A DNA stretch of 64,000 nucleotides from an uncultured Bacteroidota bacterium (GTDB lineage Bacteria > Bacteroidota > Ignavibacteria > UBA10030 > UBA6906), in contig CAVOYH010000004.1 in assembly GCA_963700635.1 (NCBI GenBank), positions 128,001-192,000 of the forward strand, in the 5' to 3' direction. The translations under genes were made by a program, and so were the position numbers. Below, one piece after another: positions 20,164 through 31,800 of the stretch. A model generated the notes under the pieces. The model was not told the origin of the DNA. It saw nothing but the letters and a program-made list of their open reading frames with translations, and made no database searches. Numbering within the stretch: the first letter of the stretch is position 1; each line of letters begins with the position of its first letter.

Positions 20164-21723
20164 ATGGCGCTCCCGAAATTTAAGAACGAAGTCACTCTCG
20201 ACTTCACAAAACCAGCGAATCGACAGAAGCAGGCGGCGGCTCTGGCTCGGGCCCGTGCAGATATGGGCAAAGAATACCCCATTCTCATCGGCAGCGAACG
20301 TATCATCGTTGATGAGAAATTTAAGTCCTACAACCCTTCCAGGTCCGCCGAAGTTGTGGGAGTGTTTCAAAAAGGGAATGCGGCATTGGCGAACAAGGCT
20401 GTGGAGGTTGCCCTGGCGACCTTCGAGGAGTGGAAGCTCGTGCCGGCCAGCAAGCGCGCACAGTATCTTTTTAAAGCCGCCGGGCTCATGCGGAAGAAAC
20501 GATTCGATCTGAATGCGGTAATGATTCTTGAGGTCGGCAAATCCTGGCCGGAAGCGGATGCCGACGTCGCAGAAGCCATTGACTTTCTGGAGTTTTACGG
20601 TCGTGAGATGCTGCGGTACGGGGCAGACCATCCGGTCGTCAAGAATCCGGGAGAAAAAGGAAAGCTGGTCTATGTCCCTCTCGGCGTGGGCGTGGTGATC
20701 CCGCCGTGGAATTTTCCTCTGGCAATTCTGGCAGGCATGACGTCGGCGGCGATTGTTGCCGGCAATACCGTCGTCTTGAAGCCATCGAGCGACTCTCCCC
20801 GTATCGGGTGGGCATTTGTCGAGCTTATGCAGGAGGCCGGCTTACCCGCCGGCGTGTTGAATTTTTTGTCGGGTCCGGGAGGCGCCGTGGGGGATACCCT
20901 GGTCCTGCATCCCAGGGTCCGGTTTGTGACGTTCACCGGCTCGAAAGAGGTGGGTATTCACATCAACGAGGCGGCGGCGAAGGTGCAGCCGGGACAGATA
21001 TGGTTAAAGCGGGTCGTGGCTGAAATGGGCGGGAAGGACAGCATTCTTGTGGACGAAAGCGCCGATTTCGACGCTGCAGTTTCCGGCGTGGTCGCGTCCG
21101 CGTTCGGCTTTCAGGGGCAAAAGTGTTCGGCCTGCTCCCGTGCCATCGTCGTGGAGAAGATCTATGACCGGTTTGTTGATGCAACCGCCAGGCAGGTGGA
21201 GGCGTTGACGGTGGGTGATGCGGAAAATCCGGACAATTACATGGGTCCGGTCATAAACGAACGTTCCCGCGAAAGTATACTTGAATACATCCGGAAGGCG
21301 GTGAGTGAGGGAGGGAAGATTGTTGCCGGCGGCACAATCGTGGGCGAAGGGGGATTCTTCCTCCGTCCCACGGTCATCGCGGACGTTGATCCCCAGGCAA
21401 CAATTGCCCAGGAAGAAATATTCGGGCCGGTGCTTGCGGTGATCAAAGCCAGGGATTTTGATCATGGAATGCAGATCGCGAACAATACTGAATTCGGTCT
21501 CACCGGCGCAGTGTACACAAAGAACAGGAAGCGGTTACGACGCGCGGAACAGGAGTTCTTCGTCGGGAATCTGTATCTGAACAGGAAATGCACCGGGGCA
21601 CTTGTGGGCGTGCATCCGTTTGGAGGATTTAACATGAGTGGTACGGACTCGAAGGCCGGCGGACGCGACTATCTGCTCCTGTTTCTTCAGGGCAAATCCA
21701 TCGCCGAGAAAAACATTCACTAA
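20164..21723 (+). CDS. pruA: 1-pyrroline-5-carboxylate (glutamate semialdehyde) dehydrogenase, RocA/PruA type
   Basis: EAIDF, PWNFP, FTGS, EMGGK, GQKCSAC, EEIFGP and PFGG. Confidence 0.93.
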   Translation: MALPKFKNEVTLDFTKPANRQKQAAALARARADMGKEYPILIGSERIIVDEKFKSYNPSRSAEVVGVFQKGNAALANKAVEVALATFEEWKLVPASKRAQYLFKAAGLMRKKRFDLNAVMILEVGKSWPEADADVAEAIDFLEFYGREMLRYGADHPVVKNPGEKGKLVYVPLGVGVVIPPWNFPLAILAGMTSAAIVAGNTVVLKPSSDSPRIGWAFVELMQEAGLPAGVLNFLSGPGGAVGDTLVLHPRVRFVTFTGSKEVGIHINEAAAKVQPGQIWLKRVVAEMGGKDSILVDESADFDAAVSGVVASAFGFQGQKCSACSRAIVVEKIYDRFVDATARQVEALTVGDAENPDNYMGPVINERSRESILEYIRKAVSEGGKIVAGGTIVGEGGFFLRPTVIADVDPQATIAQEEIFGPVLAVIKARDFDHGMQIANNTEFGLTGAVYTKNRKRLRRAEQEFFVGNLYLNRKCTGALVGVHPFGGFNMSGTDSKAGGRDYLLLFLQGKSIAEKNIH

Positions 21724-21741
21724 ATGGAGAAGGCCTGAGCG

Positions 21742-22903
21742 ATGAAAGTCCACGAACACCAGGGGAAAGAAATTCTTAGACGATTTGATGTTGCGGTGCC
21801 CGCCGGACAGGTCGCGTACTCCGTCGAGGAGGCCGTCGGCGCCGCCCGGGCTCTGGGGGGAACGGTCTGGGTGGTAAAAGCTCAAATTCATGCAGGCGGC
21901 CGCGGGAAGGGTGGCGGTGTCAAGAGTTGCCAGGTCTCCGGAAGAGGTCCGGACCTTCGCCGGTCAAATGCTCGGCATGCGCCTGATCACGCATCAAACT
22001 GGTCCCGAGGGCAGAATCGTCAAGCGACTCCTGGTAGAGCAGGGTGTTTCGATCGCAAAAGAATTTTACGTCGGCATCACGCTCGATCGGGCCTCATCCC
22101 GGACGGTGGTGATGGCTTCGACGGAGGGGGGCGTGGAGATTGAGAAGGTAGCCGCGGAAACCCCCGAGAAGATACTCAAAGTGTTTGTGGACCGGAGTGC
22201 AGGGTTCCGCATGTACCAGGCGCGTGCTTTGGCATTCAGTCTCGGGCTTACGGGGGACGTTCTGAAAAACGCCCAGAAATTTTTTGTGGCCCTGTACCGC
22301 GCGTATGAAGAAATGGACTGTTCGCTCGCCGAAATTAACCCCCTTGTGGTCACCACGGAAGGGCGGGTGTTAGCCCTTGACGCCAAGATGAACTTTGATG
22401 ACAATGCGCTCGACCGCCACCCGGATGTCCTCGCCCTGCGGGATACCGATGAAGAAGATCCGCTTGAAGTGGTGGCGTCGCAGGCCAATCTCAACTACAT
22501 CAAACTCGACGGCAATGTTGGATGTATGGTAAACGGCGCCGGGCTGGCGATGGCCACCATGGATATCATCAAACTGGCGGGCGGTGAACCGGCGAATTTC
22601 CTCGATGTCGGAGGGGGAGCGAGCGCGGAAACGGTGGAAGCGGGGTTCAAGATCATCCTCGCCGATCCGCACGTGAAAGCGGTGCTGATCAACATCTTCG
22701 GGGGCATCGTGCGGTGTGATCGTGTCGCAACCGGAGTCGTGGAAGCTGCGCGGAAAGTCAAAGTCGAGATTCCGGTTGTGGTCCGGCTGGCAGGGACCAA
22801 CGCTGACCTTGCCGGGGACATCCTGGCAGAATCTGGAATGAATTTCCTTGTTGCCAAGAGTCTTAAAGATGCAGCACACCGGGTGACGGAAGCAATCGCC
22901 TGA
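21742..22903 (+). CDS. sucC: Succinyl-CoA ligase beta subunit, split by a +1 frameshift near 21925
   Basis: [22 protein letters not shown], then in the next frame [19 protein letters not shown] and NFLDVGG. Confidence 0.93.
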
Positions 22904-24378
22904 CCGGTCACGCGACATATGAAGCAGTCATCGGGCTTGAGGTGCATGCCCAGTTGTTGACCGCAAGTAAGGCCTTCTGCGGATGTTCTGCGGCGTTCGG
23001 GAATGCGCCAAACTCAAACGTCTGCCCCGTGTGCCTTGGTATGCCGGGGACATTACCGGTGCTGAACCGGAATCTGGTCGAATACATCGTGCGGATGGGC
23101 CTGGCGACAAATTGCCGGATCGCGGCCCGCTCGATCCTTGCGCGGAAGAACTACTTCTACCCCGATCTTCCGAAGGGATATCAGATCTCGCAATACGAGG
23201 AGCCAATCTGCACCGGGGGAAATCTTGTCATTGATCTGGATGACGGATCACGGAAGCACATCGGGATCACGCGCATACACATGGAAGAGGACGCCGGAAA
23301 ACTCATCCATGATCAGGGTTCAACAACGCTGGTCGACCTTAACCGGTGCGGCGTCCCGCTGATCGAGATCGTCACGGAACCGGACCTGCGGTCCCCGCGT
23401 GAAGCATACCACGCACTTGTGCGGATCCGTCAACTCGTTACGTATCTGGGCATCTGCGACGGGAACATGGAAGAGGGCAGCCTGCGCTGTGATGCAAATG
23501 TGTCCGTGCGGAAAAGGGGGACCGACACTCTGGGGACAAAGACGGAAGTGAAAAACATGAACTCCTTCCGGAATGTGGAGCGCGCGCTGGAGTTTGAAAT
23601 CGGACGTCAGATCGCCCTCGTGGCCGACGGCGGCGCTGTGGTACAGGAGACGCTGCTCTGGGATGCCGATGCCGGTATCGCCCTGTCCATGCGCAGCAAA
23701 GAAGAAGCTCATGACTACCGGTATTTTCCCGACCCCGACCTTGTCCCGGTTCTTGTGGAGGAACCATGGCTCACCTCCCTTCGTACCTCGATGCCCGAGC
23801 TGCCTGTGGCCCGGCGTGACCGGTATTGTGAGACGCTGGGACTTCCGCGCTACGATGCAGAAGTGCTGACGGCCGAACGCGAGATCGCGGACTACTACGA
23901 ACAGACGTTGCAGGCCACGACTGGTCCTGCTGCGCCGGCGTCCGGCGACCTGGCCAAGACGGTGAGTAACTGGGTGATGACGGACATCCTGCGCGTGGTC
24001 GGTGAACAGAACGCCGCTCTACCCTCCTTTCCGATTTCTCCGGAACGCCTGGCAGGGATGATCCGTCTTATCCTGGACGGCACAATCAGCGGGAAACTGG
24101 CTAAAGAGGTCTTTGAAGAGATGCTTGTTTCGAAAGAAGAACCGGAAACGATCGTCCGCCGCAAGGGACTGGTGCAGGTCACGGACATCGCAACGATTGA
24201 GGAGAGCGTAGTCCGTGTTCTTGAGCTTAACCCCGGGCAGGTGAAAAAATATCTGGAAGGAAATGAGAAGATCTTCGGGTATTTTGTCGGTGAGACGATG
24301 AAGTTGATGCACGGGAAAGCAAGCCCCAGGGTCGTGAATGACCTGTTGCACCAAAAACTTCACCTGATGAAGGGGTAG
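22900..24378 (+). CDS. gatB: Asp/Glu-tRNA amidotransferase subunit B (start non-canonical or uncertain)
   Basis: [13 protein letters not shown] from 22918, [32 protein letters not shown] and DYRYFPDPD. Confidence 0.96.
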   Translation: MTGHATYEAVIGLEVHAQLLTASKAFCGCSAAFGNAPNSNVCPVCLGMPGTLPVLNRNLVEYIVRMGLATNCRIAARSILARKNYFYPDLPKGYQISQYEEPICTGGNLVIDLDDGSRKHIGITRIHMEEDAGKLIHDQGSTTLVDLNRCGVPLIEIVTEPDLRSPREAYHALVRIRQLVTYLGICDGNMEEGSLRCDANVSVRKRGTDTLGTKTEVKNMNSFRNVERALEFEIGRQIALVADGGAVVQETLLWDADAGIALSMRSKEEAHDYRYFPDPDLVPVLVEEPWLTSLRTSMPELPVARRDRYCETLGLPRYDAEVLTAEREIADYYEQTLQATTGPAAPASGDLAKTVSNWVMTDILRVVGEQNAALPSFPISPERLAGMIRLILDGTISGKLAKEVFEEMLVSKEEPETIVRRKGLVQVTDIATIEESVVRVLELNPGQVKKYLEGNEKIFGYFVGETMKLMHGKASPRVVNDLLHQKLHLMKG

Positions 24379-24379
24379 C

Positions 24380-25294
24380 ATGTACGAATTCCACCGTATG
24401 CTGGTCCCGACAGACTTTTCCAAACATGCCGAAGAAGCGCTTGAGTACGCCGTGCTGCTTGGTGAACGTTATAAGCCGGACATCGTTCTGCTGCATGTTG
24501 ATGAGTTTATGGTCTCCCCGATCGGTGCCGGGGATGTGAAGGACGAGGTGGTGCAGGCATACCTGACGCGCAAGGAGAGATTTTTTGAGGAGCAGTTCGC
24601 GCGGATGCGTCGGGGCGTGGAGGGGAGATCCGTACACCTGATCCCGCAGGTGATTGCTGGCCGTGCATACAAAGTGATTGCAGAAGAGGGTGAAAAGAAA
24701 GACTTTGATCTTATCGTGATGGCGACACGGGGGCTCACGCATCTTTCTTCGGATCTTATCGGCAGCACCGTCGAGCGCGTCGTCCGGCTTTCCCGCCAGC
24801 CCGTCCTGACAATCCAGCAGGCTCCGAAACATGGAGGGAATCTGACATCAGTATTGTGTCCGACCGATCTCTCCCCCGCAGGCAATGCAGCGCTTTCCTA
24901 TGCGTTGTCCATCGCACGTCAGTACAAAGCGGTTCTCTACCTTCAGTATATTTCGGAACTCGAGAAGCCGGAAACTCTTGAGCAGGTCCTCGGCCGGCTG
25001 CCCGATCTGCACGAACATCATCCCCTGTTCAAAGACGTGAAATACGAACTGATCGTCGACCGTGATGTGGAACCCAGTAATTCCATCATCCGGTTCGCTG
25101 AAGACCGTGATGTCGGCATTATCGTGATGTCGACGCATGGCCGCAAGGGACTGAGACGCGTGCATATCGGCAACAACACGGCAGAAGTTGTGCGCCAGTC
25201 CGTCCGCCCGGTTCTTACCGTCACCCACCCATTCCATAAGCGGATATTCGCTCACCCCGTGACCGAGCAGCGACGATCTGGTGTTTCCACGTAG
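24380..25294 (+). CDS. Tandem-domain universal stress protein
   Basis: Two USP domains: LVPTDFS...DLIVMATRG...GST.E.V and LCPTD...IVMSTHGR.G...GN. Confidence 0.9.
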   Translation: MYEFHRMLVPTDFSKHAEEALEYAVLLGERYKPDIVLLHVDEFMVSPIGAGDVKDEVVQAYLTRKERFFEEQFARMRRGVEGRSVHLIPQVIAGRAYKVIAEEGEKKDFDLIVMATRGLTHLSSDLIGSTVERVVRLSRQPVLTIQQAPKHGGNLTSVLCPTDLSPAGNAALSYALSIARQYKAVLYLQYISELEKPETLEQVLGRLPDLHEHHPLFKDVKYELIVDRDVEPSNSIIRFAEDRDVGIIVMSTHGRKGLRRVHIGNNTAEVVRQSVRPVLTVTHPFHKRIFAHPVTEQRRSGVST

Positions 25295-25353
25295 TTCAAA
25301 GGATGTATTCGTTATCCATAAAGAATCCGTTCACCATTCGTGAGGTGTAGCAG

Positions 25354-26115
25354 ATGCGTACGATGATCATTGCCGGTAATTGGAAGATGTACAAGGACAT
25401 TCATGAGACAAAAGAACTGATTATGGCGCTCACGTCAGCCGTTCCTTCACTCCCGGGGCATGTGCAGTCAGTTGTCTGCCCCCCGTATCCGTCACTCGCA
25501 CTGGCAGGAGATCTCTTGCAGGGATCTGCCTTCCACCTGGGTGCTCAGAATATGTCCCAGCACGAGGAGGGGGCGCATACGGGCGAGGTTTCGGCAAAGA
25601 TGCTCAAAGCGACGGGATGTACCTACGTGATTCTGGGTCACTCCGAGCGCCGGCAATTCTATGGCGAGACCAACGAACTCGTAAACGCAAAAGCAAAAAA
25701 AGCGCTGTCTGCGGCTCTGCGTCCGATTATCTGCGTAGGTGAGACTCTGGATGAGCGGGAAAAGGGAGTCATGGCACAGGTGATTACCACGCAGATAAAG
25801 GGGGTTCTTGCCGGCATTTCTCCTCAGGATATGGCCAGATGCGTGATCGCGTACGAGCCTGTGTGGGCCATCGGAACAGGGCGGACAGCCACTCCTCAAC
25901 AGGCACAGGAAGTCCATCAGCTTATTCGTAAGCTTATTGCTCACCAGTATGACTGGGCTCTGGCGGAGAAAATCACCATCCAGTATGGTGGGAGCGTGAA
26001 GCCTGACAATGCGGCAGAGATACTGTCGCAAAATGACGTAGACGGAGCCCTTGTTGGGGGCGCCTGTTTGAAGGCGGACTCATTTTCTGCGATAATCAAG
26101 GCTTCGGGAGGATAG
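25354..26115 (+). CDS. tpiA: Triosephosphate isomerase
   Basis: AGNWKM, GHSERR, AYEPVWAIGTG, YGGSV and LVGGA. Confidence 0.98.
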   Translation: MRTMIIAGNWKMYKDIHETKELIMALTSAVPSLPGHVQSVVCPPYPSLALAGDLLQGSAFHLGAQNMSQHEEGAHTGEVSAKMLKATGCTYVILGHSERRQFYGETNELVNAKAKKALSAALRPIICVGETLDEREKGVMAQVITTQIKGVLAGISPQDMARCVIAYEPVWAIGTGRTATPQQAQEVHQLIRKLIAHQYDWALAEKITIQYGGSVKPDNAAEILSQNDVDGALVGGACLKADSFSAIIKASGG

Positions 26116-26129
26116 TGCTGGATTTCTGG

Positions 26130-26158
26130 TTGCTTTCCGGCGGTTTTCATCGTATATT
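26130..26158 (+). promoter_or_regulatory. Sigma70-type promoter of the GH2-smc-lpx operon
   Basis: TTGCTT-17 nt-TATATT. Confidence 0.6.
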
Positions 26159-26197
26159 AACAAGGATAGACTCGAAAAACCTACCGCACATCACACA

Positions 26198-28829
26198 GTG
26201 GGCTTGATTCCGGTTCACAGGTCGGCGTTCATAATACGTTGCGTATCCCTTCTCGGACTACTCGCCCTGCCGGTTAGTTACGCCGGAATTCCTAGATTTC
26301 TTGAGAATGGTACACCAGGCAATCCCGAGGTGAGAGGGTCATATCTCTCTCCCACCCCCACGCGAACAATTATTTGGCTTGGGGGGACGTGGAACTATGC
26401 CGTCGAAGCGGGGGAATCAGGAACAGTCACCGTTCCCGTTGCGGCCGATTTTGTAGGAAAAATCGATTTCCAGCGTGGATTTGAAGTGCCTGCTTTTGCT
26501 CTGGAAAAGTACCAGTGGCAACTTGTCATCTTCGGCTCAAACTACAACACCGACGTCTCCGTCAACAATGAGTTTATCGGTACGCATGCCGGCGGTTACA
26601 CGAGCTATATCCATCCGGTCCCGCGGGAGGTGCTTCAGCCGGGACGCGACAATGTACTCCGCCTTGTGGTGAACAACCAGCTCGATGGCCGGTCAACCAT
26701 ACCGCTGCGGCATCTTGTGTGGGGGTGGCACAACTATGGAGGAATCCACCGGGAAATCGCTCTCGTTGGAACCCCACTGCTCTTCATACGGGATGTCCAG
26801 ATCACCGCTGCGCCGGTCGGCCCGACCACCGGTGCGCTGCGGATTACTGTGGCTCCCCAGCTTGAAGGGGAGCTGGATAGTGTTGCGCGGCTCGTCCAGC
26901 AGGACCGGAAGTCAGTATTAGGATTTCAGGTTGAACTTGTCGAGACACTTTCCGGCGCGAGTGTGGGACGCAGCGTGTTGCAGCCTCTTCACTATGCCGA
27001 CAGAAAGTGGACGGGGGGGGGGAGCGGAGGTTGTTGTGCAGAATCCGCTTCTGTGGAGTCCGGATAAACCCGATCTCTACATGCTCCGTTGTCAATTGGT
27101 GTTTGTCACGGGTTCAGGCACTACGATCATTGACGAATATACCATGCCGTACGGGTATAAAACTCTTACGCTGGAGAAGGGCGATTTTGTCCTGAACGGA
27201 AAGCGTCTTGTACTCCGTGGTGTGACCTGGTACGAAGACCATCCGGTTTGGGGAAATGCTATGCCGTATGAGGAGCGCGAGCGAGACATTATCATGATGA
27301 AGATGCTCGGTGCAAATGTCGTCCGTTTTGCACATCATCCGCCGCATCCGGTAATGCTCGATTTGTGTGACCGGCATGGTCTGCTGGCGATGGTGGATCT
27401 CCCTGTTGTCGGAGCACCGGCCGCTGTCCTTACAAATGAATCATATCTGGACGGTGCTTCGATGATGCTGAGGGAGATGATTCAACGGGACCGGCACCAT
27501 CCTTCGGTGTTGGCCTGGGGACTCGGCGACGAGATTGAGGTATCCAGCGGCGGGGTAAGGCCTTTTGTAAAGTCGCTGGCACAGGTTGCGCGGTCTCTGG
27601 ATGCACGTCCGCTCTATCTCCCTCTCCGACTCGGAGTTCTGGATTCGGTGAGTGATCTGGTAGACATGGTCGCGTTAAGCATTTATGGGCACGATTTTAA
27701 GTTCCTCAAGGCTTCGATCGAACTGGTGCGAAGCAGTCATCCCGGCCGCCCGATAATCGTCGCCCGGATTGGCACAGAAGTGGATCCTGAAAATCTTCAC
27801 GGGTATAACGACCCCCTGTCGCAGCAGGCTCAGGCCCGGTTCTATCTCCAGCGTCTGAACCTGTTCCGATCACTTGATCTTGACGGTGCGATCCTCTGGT
27901 CTTTTAATGACTGGCGCGCCGACCGGCCGGCGCTTACGATACACACCGGGAATCCCTGGATACACCGCATGGGTCTGGTGAGCGACCGGCGGGAGAAGCG
28001 ACTGGCCTATGATGCTGTACGGTCGGTGTTTCGGGGGGAGAAGGCCGCACCCCTGCCGGCGGGATCACATGCGGTTGCGACGCCGATTGTCTATGTGCTT
28101 GCCGGATTCGTCATCCTTATTCTCCTCGCCTATGTGTACAACGCAAGCCGGAGATTCCGGGAGTCGGTGAATCGGTCCGTGATGAGCGCCTATAACTTCT
28201 TCACCGATGTTCGTGACCGGCGTTCAGTTTCAGTGATCCACACAACCTTTCTTGCGCTTATCGTGTCGGTGGCGACGGCCATTGTCAGCTCAAGCGTGCT
28301 TTTCCATTTCCGTGACAGCCTGTTTCTTGATAATCTTCTCTCGTACCTTCTCGTCTTTGATGATGTGAAAGCATTCGTGATCTTTCTGATCTGGGATCCG
28401 CTCCAGTTTATCCTGGCGGGATCGGCTTTCTTTATGGTTGTGTTGATTGTTCTCAGCGGACTGGTCCACGTAGTACGGGCCATGGTGAAGAGTCGGGTGT
28501 ATGCCTATCACGCCTACACTGCCACCATATGGTCCACGACGCCGCTTCTGGCGTTTATTCCGATTGGGATGATCCTGTTTCGTGTCATGGAAGGCAAGAT
28601 GTATGTGGTGCCTTCGCTCGTGATCATTGTCATGTTCGTGGTCTGGGTGGTGGCACGAATGTTTAAGGGAATATCCATTATCTATGATGTGTACCCGCCG
28701 AAGGTCTACGCTGTGGGGGGACTCGCGCTCCTGTCGGCCTTTGGCCTGCTCTATTTGTATTACGACATTGTACAATCGGCTCCGATGCATCTTTTATTCC
28801 TCTTCTCGATGGTAGGTAGCGGCCGGTAA
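26198..28829 (+). CDS. GH2-like glycoside-hydrolase fold fused to a roughly 6-TM C-terminal domain; +1 frameshift at G10 (27013-27022)
   Basis: Signal-like N-terminus. GH2 motifs HxGGYT, NYGGIHR, LWSP..P.LY, LNGK, RDRHHPSVLAWGLGDE and WSFND. Hydrophobic C-terminus. Confidence 0.82.
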
Positions 28830-31800
28830 TGTATCTCTCAAAACTCGAAATCCAGGGCTTTAAGTCTTTCGCCCAGCGTGTTACGCTGAATTTTGACAGC
28901 GGGATCTCCGCGATTGTCGGGCCCAACGGGTGTGGCAAAACCAATATTGTGGATGCCATCCGATGGGTTCTTGGCGAGCAACGCTACAGCGCTCTGCGCA
29001 GCGAGAAGATGGAGGATGTGATCTTTAATGGGACCAAATCGCGAAAGCCTCTTGGCATGGCGGAGGCGTCGCTGGTCATCGAGAACACAAAGGGCATCCT
29101 CCCGTCAGAATATACCCAGGTTACCATCGGACGCCGCATCTACCGTTCCGGCGACAGCGAATATCTGCTCAATAAGGTTCCGTGCCGTCTCAAGGACATT
29201 ATCGACCTATTTATGGACACCGGCATGGGAGCCGATGCCTATTCGGTGATCGAATTAAAAATGGTCGAGACCATCCTGAGCGACCGCACCGATGAGCGGC
29301 GGCGGCTGTTCGAAGAAGCGGCAGGAGTCACAAAGTACAAGCACCGCCGGAAAGCAGCCTACCGAAAACTGGAATCCGTTCAAACCGACCTTCTCAGGGT
29401 GAATGACCTCGTTGCTGAAGTCCAGAAGGCCGTGAACACCCTGGAGCGCCAGGCGCGGCGTGCCGAACAATTTAACGAGGTGAAAGACCGGTTGCGGATG
29501 CTCGAAATTGATCTCCTCGAGCGCGAGTACGCACAGGTGACAAGCCGGCTTGAACCTCTGCAAGCCCGGCAGCTCAGTCTCCGGACGCAGGGTAGTACCG
29601 CGGACGGCGATCTGGAAAGCGCGGAATCCTCGCTCGGGGTGCTGCGCTCCGCATTGCTGTCATCGGAAAAACAGCTGGCCGAAGCGCAACGTGACGCCAG
29701 CATGCACCGCGAAAAAGTCCATCGGGTCGAAGAAAAGAATCTCGTTGCAGGCGAGCGAACAAATGCCCTGCAGGAACTGATACAACGGCTGGATCAGGAA
29801 GAGAGTGATCGACAGCAGGAGCGCCTCCGGCAGGAGACCTTACGCGAGGCATCCCAGGTGCGCCTGCAGGATCTCCGCACACAGGAACAACAACTCCGGG
29901 CCGATCAGACGTTGCGTCAATCGGAATTTGAGGATACCGAACGCCGCCTTGCGGAGAAGAAGAGTGAAGTCAAATCCCTGAATGACTCCATGATCCTCCT
30001 CGTGCATCGCATCGCCGAGCGGCAGTCTGAACAGGACCTGGGTCAGGGGCGTATCGACACCATCCAGGCCAGCCTGGGCGAGGTCGAGGAGGAGAGCCGG
30101 TCCTACACCACCGAACTCCAGCGCCTTGCAGAGACGATTGCAGCCCTTACCGAGGAAGACCGCCAGCGCCGTCGGTCGTTCGCAGAAGCTGAAGTACGGT
30201 ACTACGACACAGAAAAACGCAAACAAGAACTCCGCGGCCACGCCGAGTCGCTCCTGCAAGAGCAGACAGGGATCCGGTCCGAGATCGAACGCGCGTCGGC
30301 CCGCATTGATTTCCTGAAAAGTTTGATGGAGAGCCGGGAAGGGTATGCCGAAGGCGTACGCTTCCTGTCCATGTCCGACCGCTGGCATCCCACGCGCAAA
30401 CTCACGGTTGCAGATGCATTACACGCCGATGAGCAGTACCGGATAGCCATTGAAGCGGCTCTTGGCGAGGCGGGTGGCCTGATGATCGTCGATCGCGCCG
30501 CCGATGCGGAGCTGGGTGTCATTCTGTTACAGGAGGAGCAGAAAGGAAAGGCAACCTTTGTGTGCCTCGACAGGCTCCCCCGGATTACGCGTGACTACCG
30601 GTTGCCCCCGTTGCCCGGCGTGCATGGGTGGGCTCTTGATCTTGCCCGTTTTGACCCGGAGTTTGCGCCACTGTTTGGCTTCCTGTTTGATCGTGTGCTG
30701 GTCGTGGATGATCATGCCACCGCCGAACAGGTGACTGCCATGGCAAGCGGGATCCGGTGCGTGACGTTGCAGGGCGAAATCAGCACCTCGGTGGGCGTGC
30801 TGCGCGGCGGGAGCCGCCGGCATGATGAAGGCGGTACAATCGGAAAACAACACCAGGTGGATGATCTCAAGAGCCAGATCGTGGTGTTATCAAGCAGGAT
30901 TGAGTCAGTGGAACACGATCGGACCGCACTGTTGGCCGAACATGACGGCATCGACCTGAAAGCTCTCTCCGAAGAGGTCAAGGCGATCGAAAAAGAGATG
31001 CACGGGGTGGAGATGCGTATCGCCCAGCTGGCCTTTGAACGGAAACGCGCAGAGGAAACGATCGAGGCAAATCATGAACACCGGAAACGTCTTACCGCCG
31101 AAATCGAAGGGCTGCGTGCAGAACGTGATTCGTTGCTCCCCGAACTTGAAGAATCCCGGAAAGAAAAACAGAGCGTCGATCAGCGTATCGAAGAGGCGAC
31201 AGGGGAGCTGGTACACCTGGAAGACGAGTGGACCCGCCGGTCACGAGTTGTCCAGGACCTTGGTCTTGCCCTCGTGCGCGTAAGCAATAACTACCAGACA
31301 GCCGAGAACGACCTCCAGCGCACCGGTGCGGCAATTGCCGGTATACTGGAATCCTCAGAGAAGCACAGGACGGACACAGAACATGCGCACGTAGCGCTTG
31401 TGAACGTTTCGGGAGGCGTGGAGGAAAATCGTCACGACCTCGAGCGTCTGTTTCAAGAGCTGGCCGTCCTTGAGTCCTCACGCGCTGATGCCGAAGCCCA
31501 AACAGACCGCATGCGTAATGAGATCCACGCAACCGAACTGCGCATACGGGACCAGAGACGTCTCCACGATGATGCGCTCCGGACACTTCACGACACGGAG
31601 CTGAAGATTGCTGATCTCCAGGCGCGCTCACACCATCTCGTGGACCGCGCCCGTGAAGAATTCGAACTCGCTCTTGAACTCAAGACCTATCCCGAGTCGG
31701 AGTTTGTGGATTTCGCAGTCCTGCGTGAGGAAATTCAGGGGCTCAAGGACCGTCTCCGGACCCTGGGAAACATCAATTTCGCCGCGTTTGAAGAATATAC

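Noticed and set aside
21742-22903. sucC without an adjacent sucD
   Set aside because: Separated sucC and sucD is common in FCB-group genomes.
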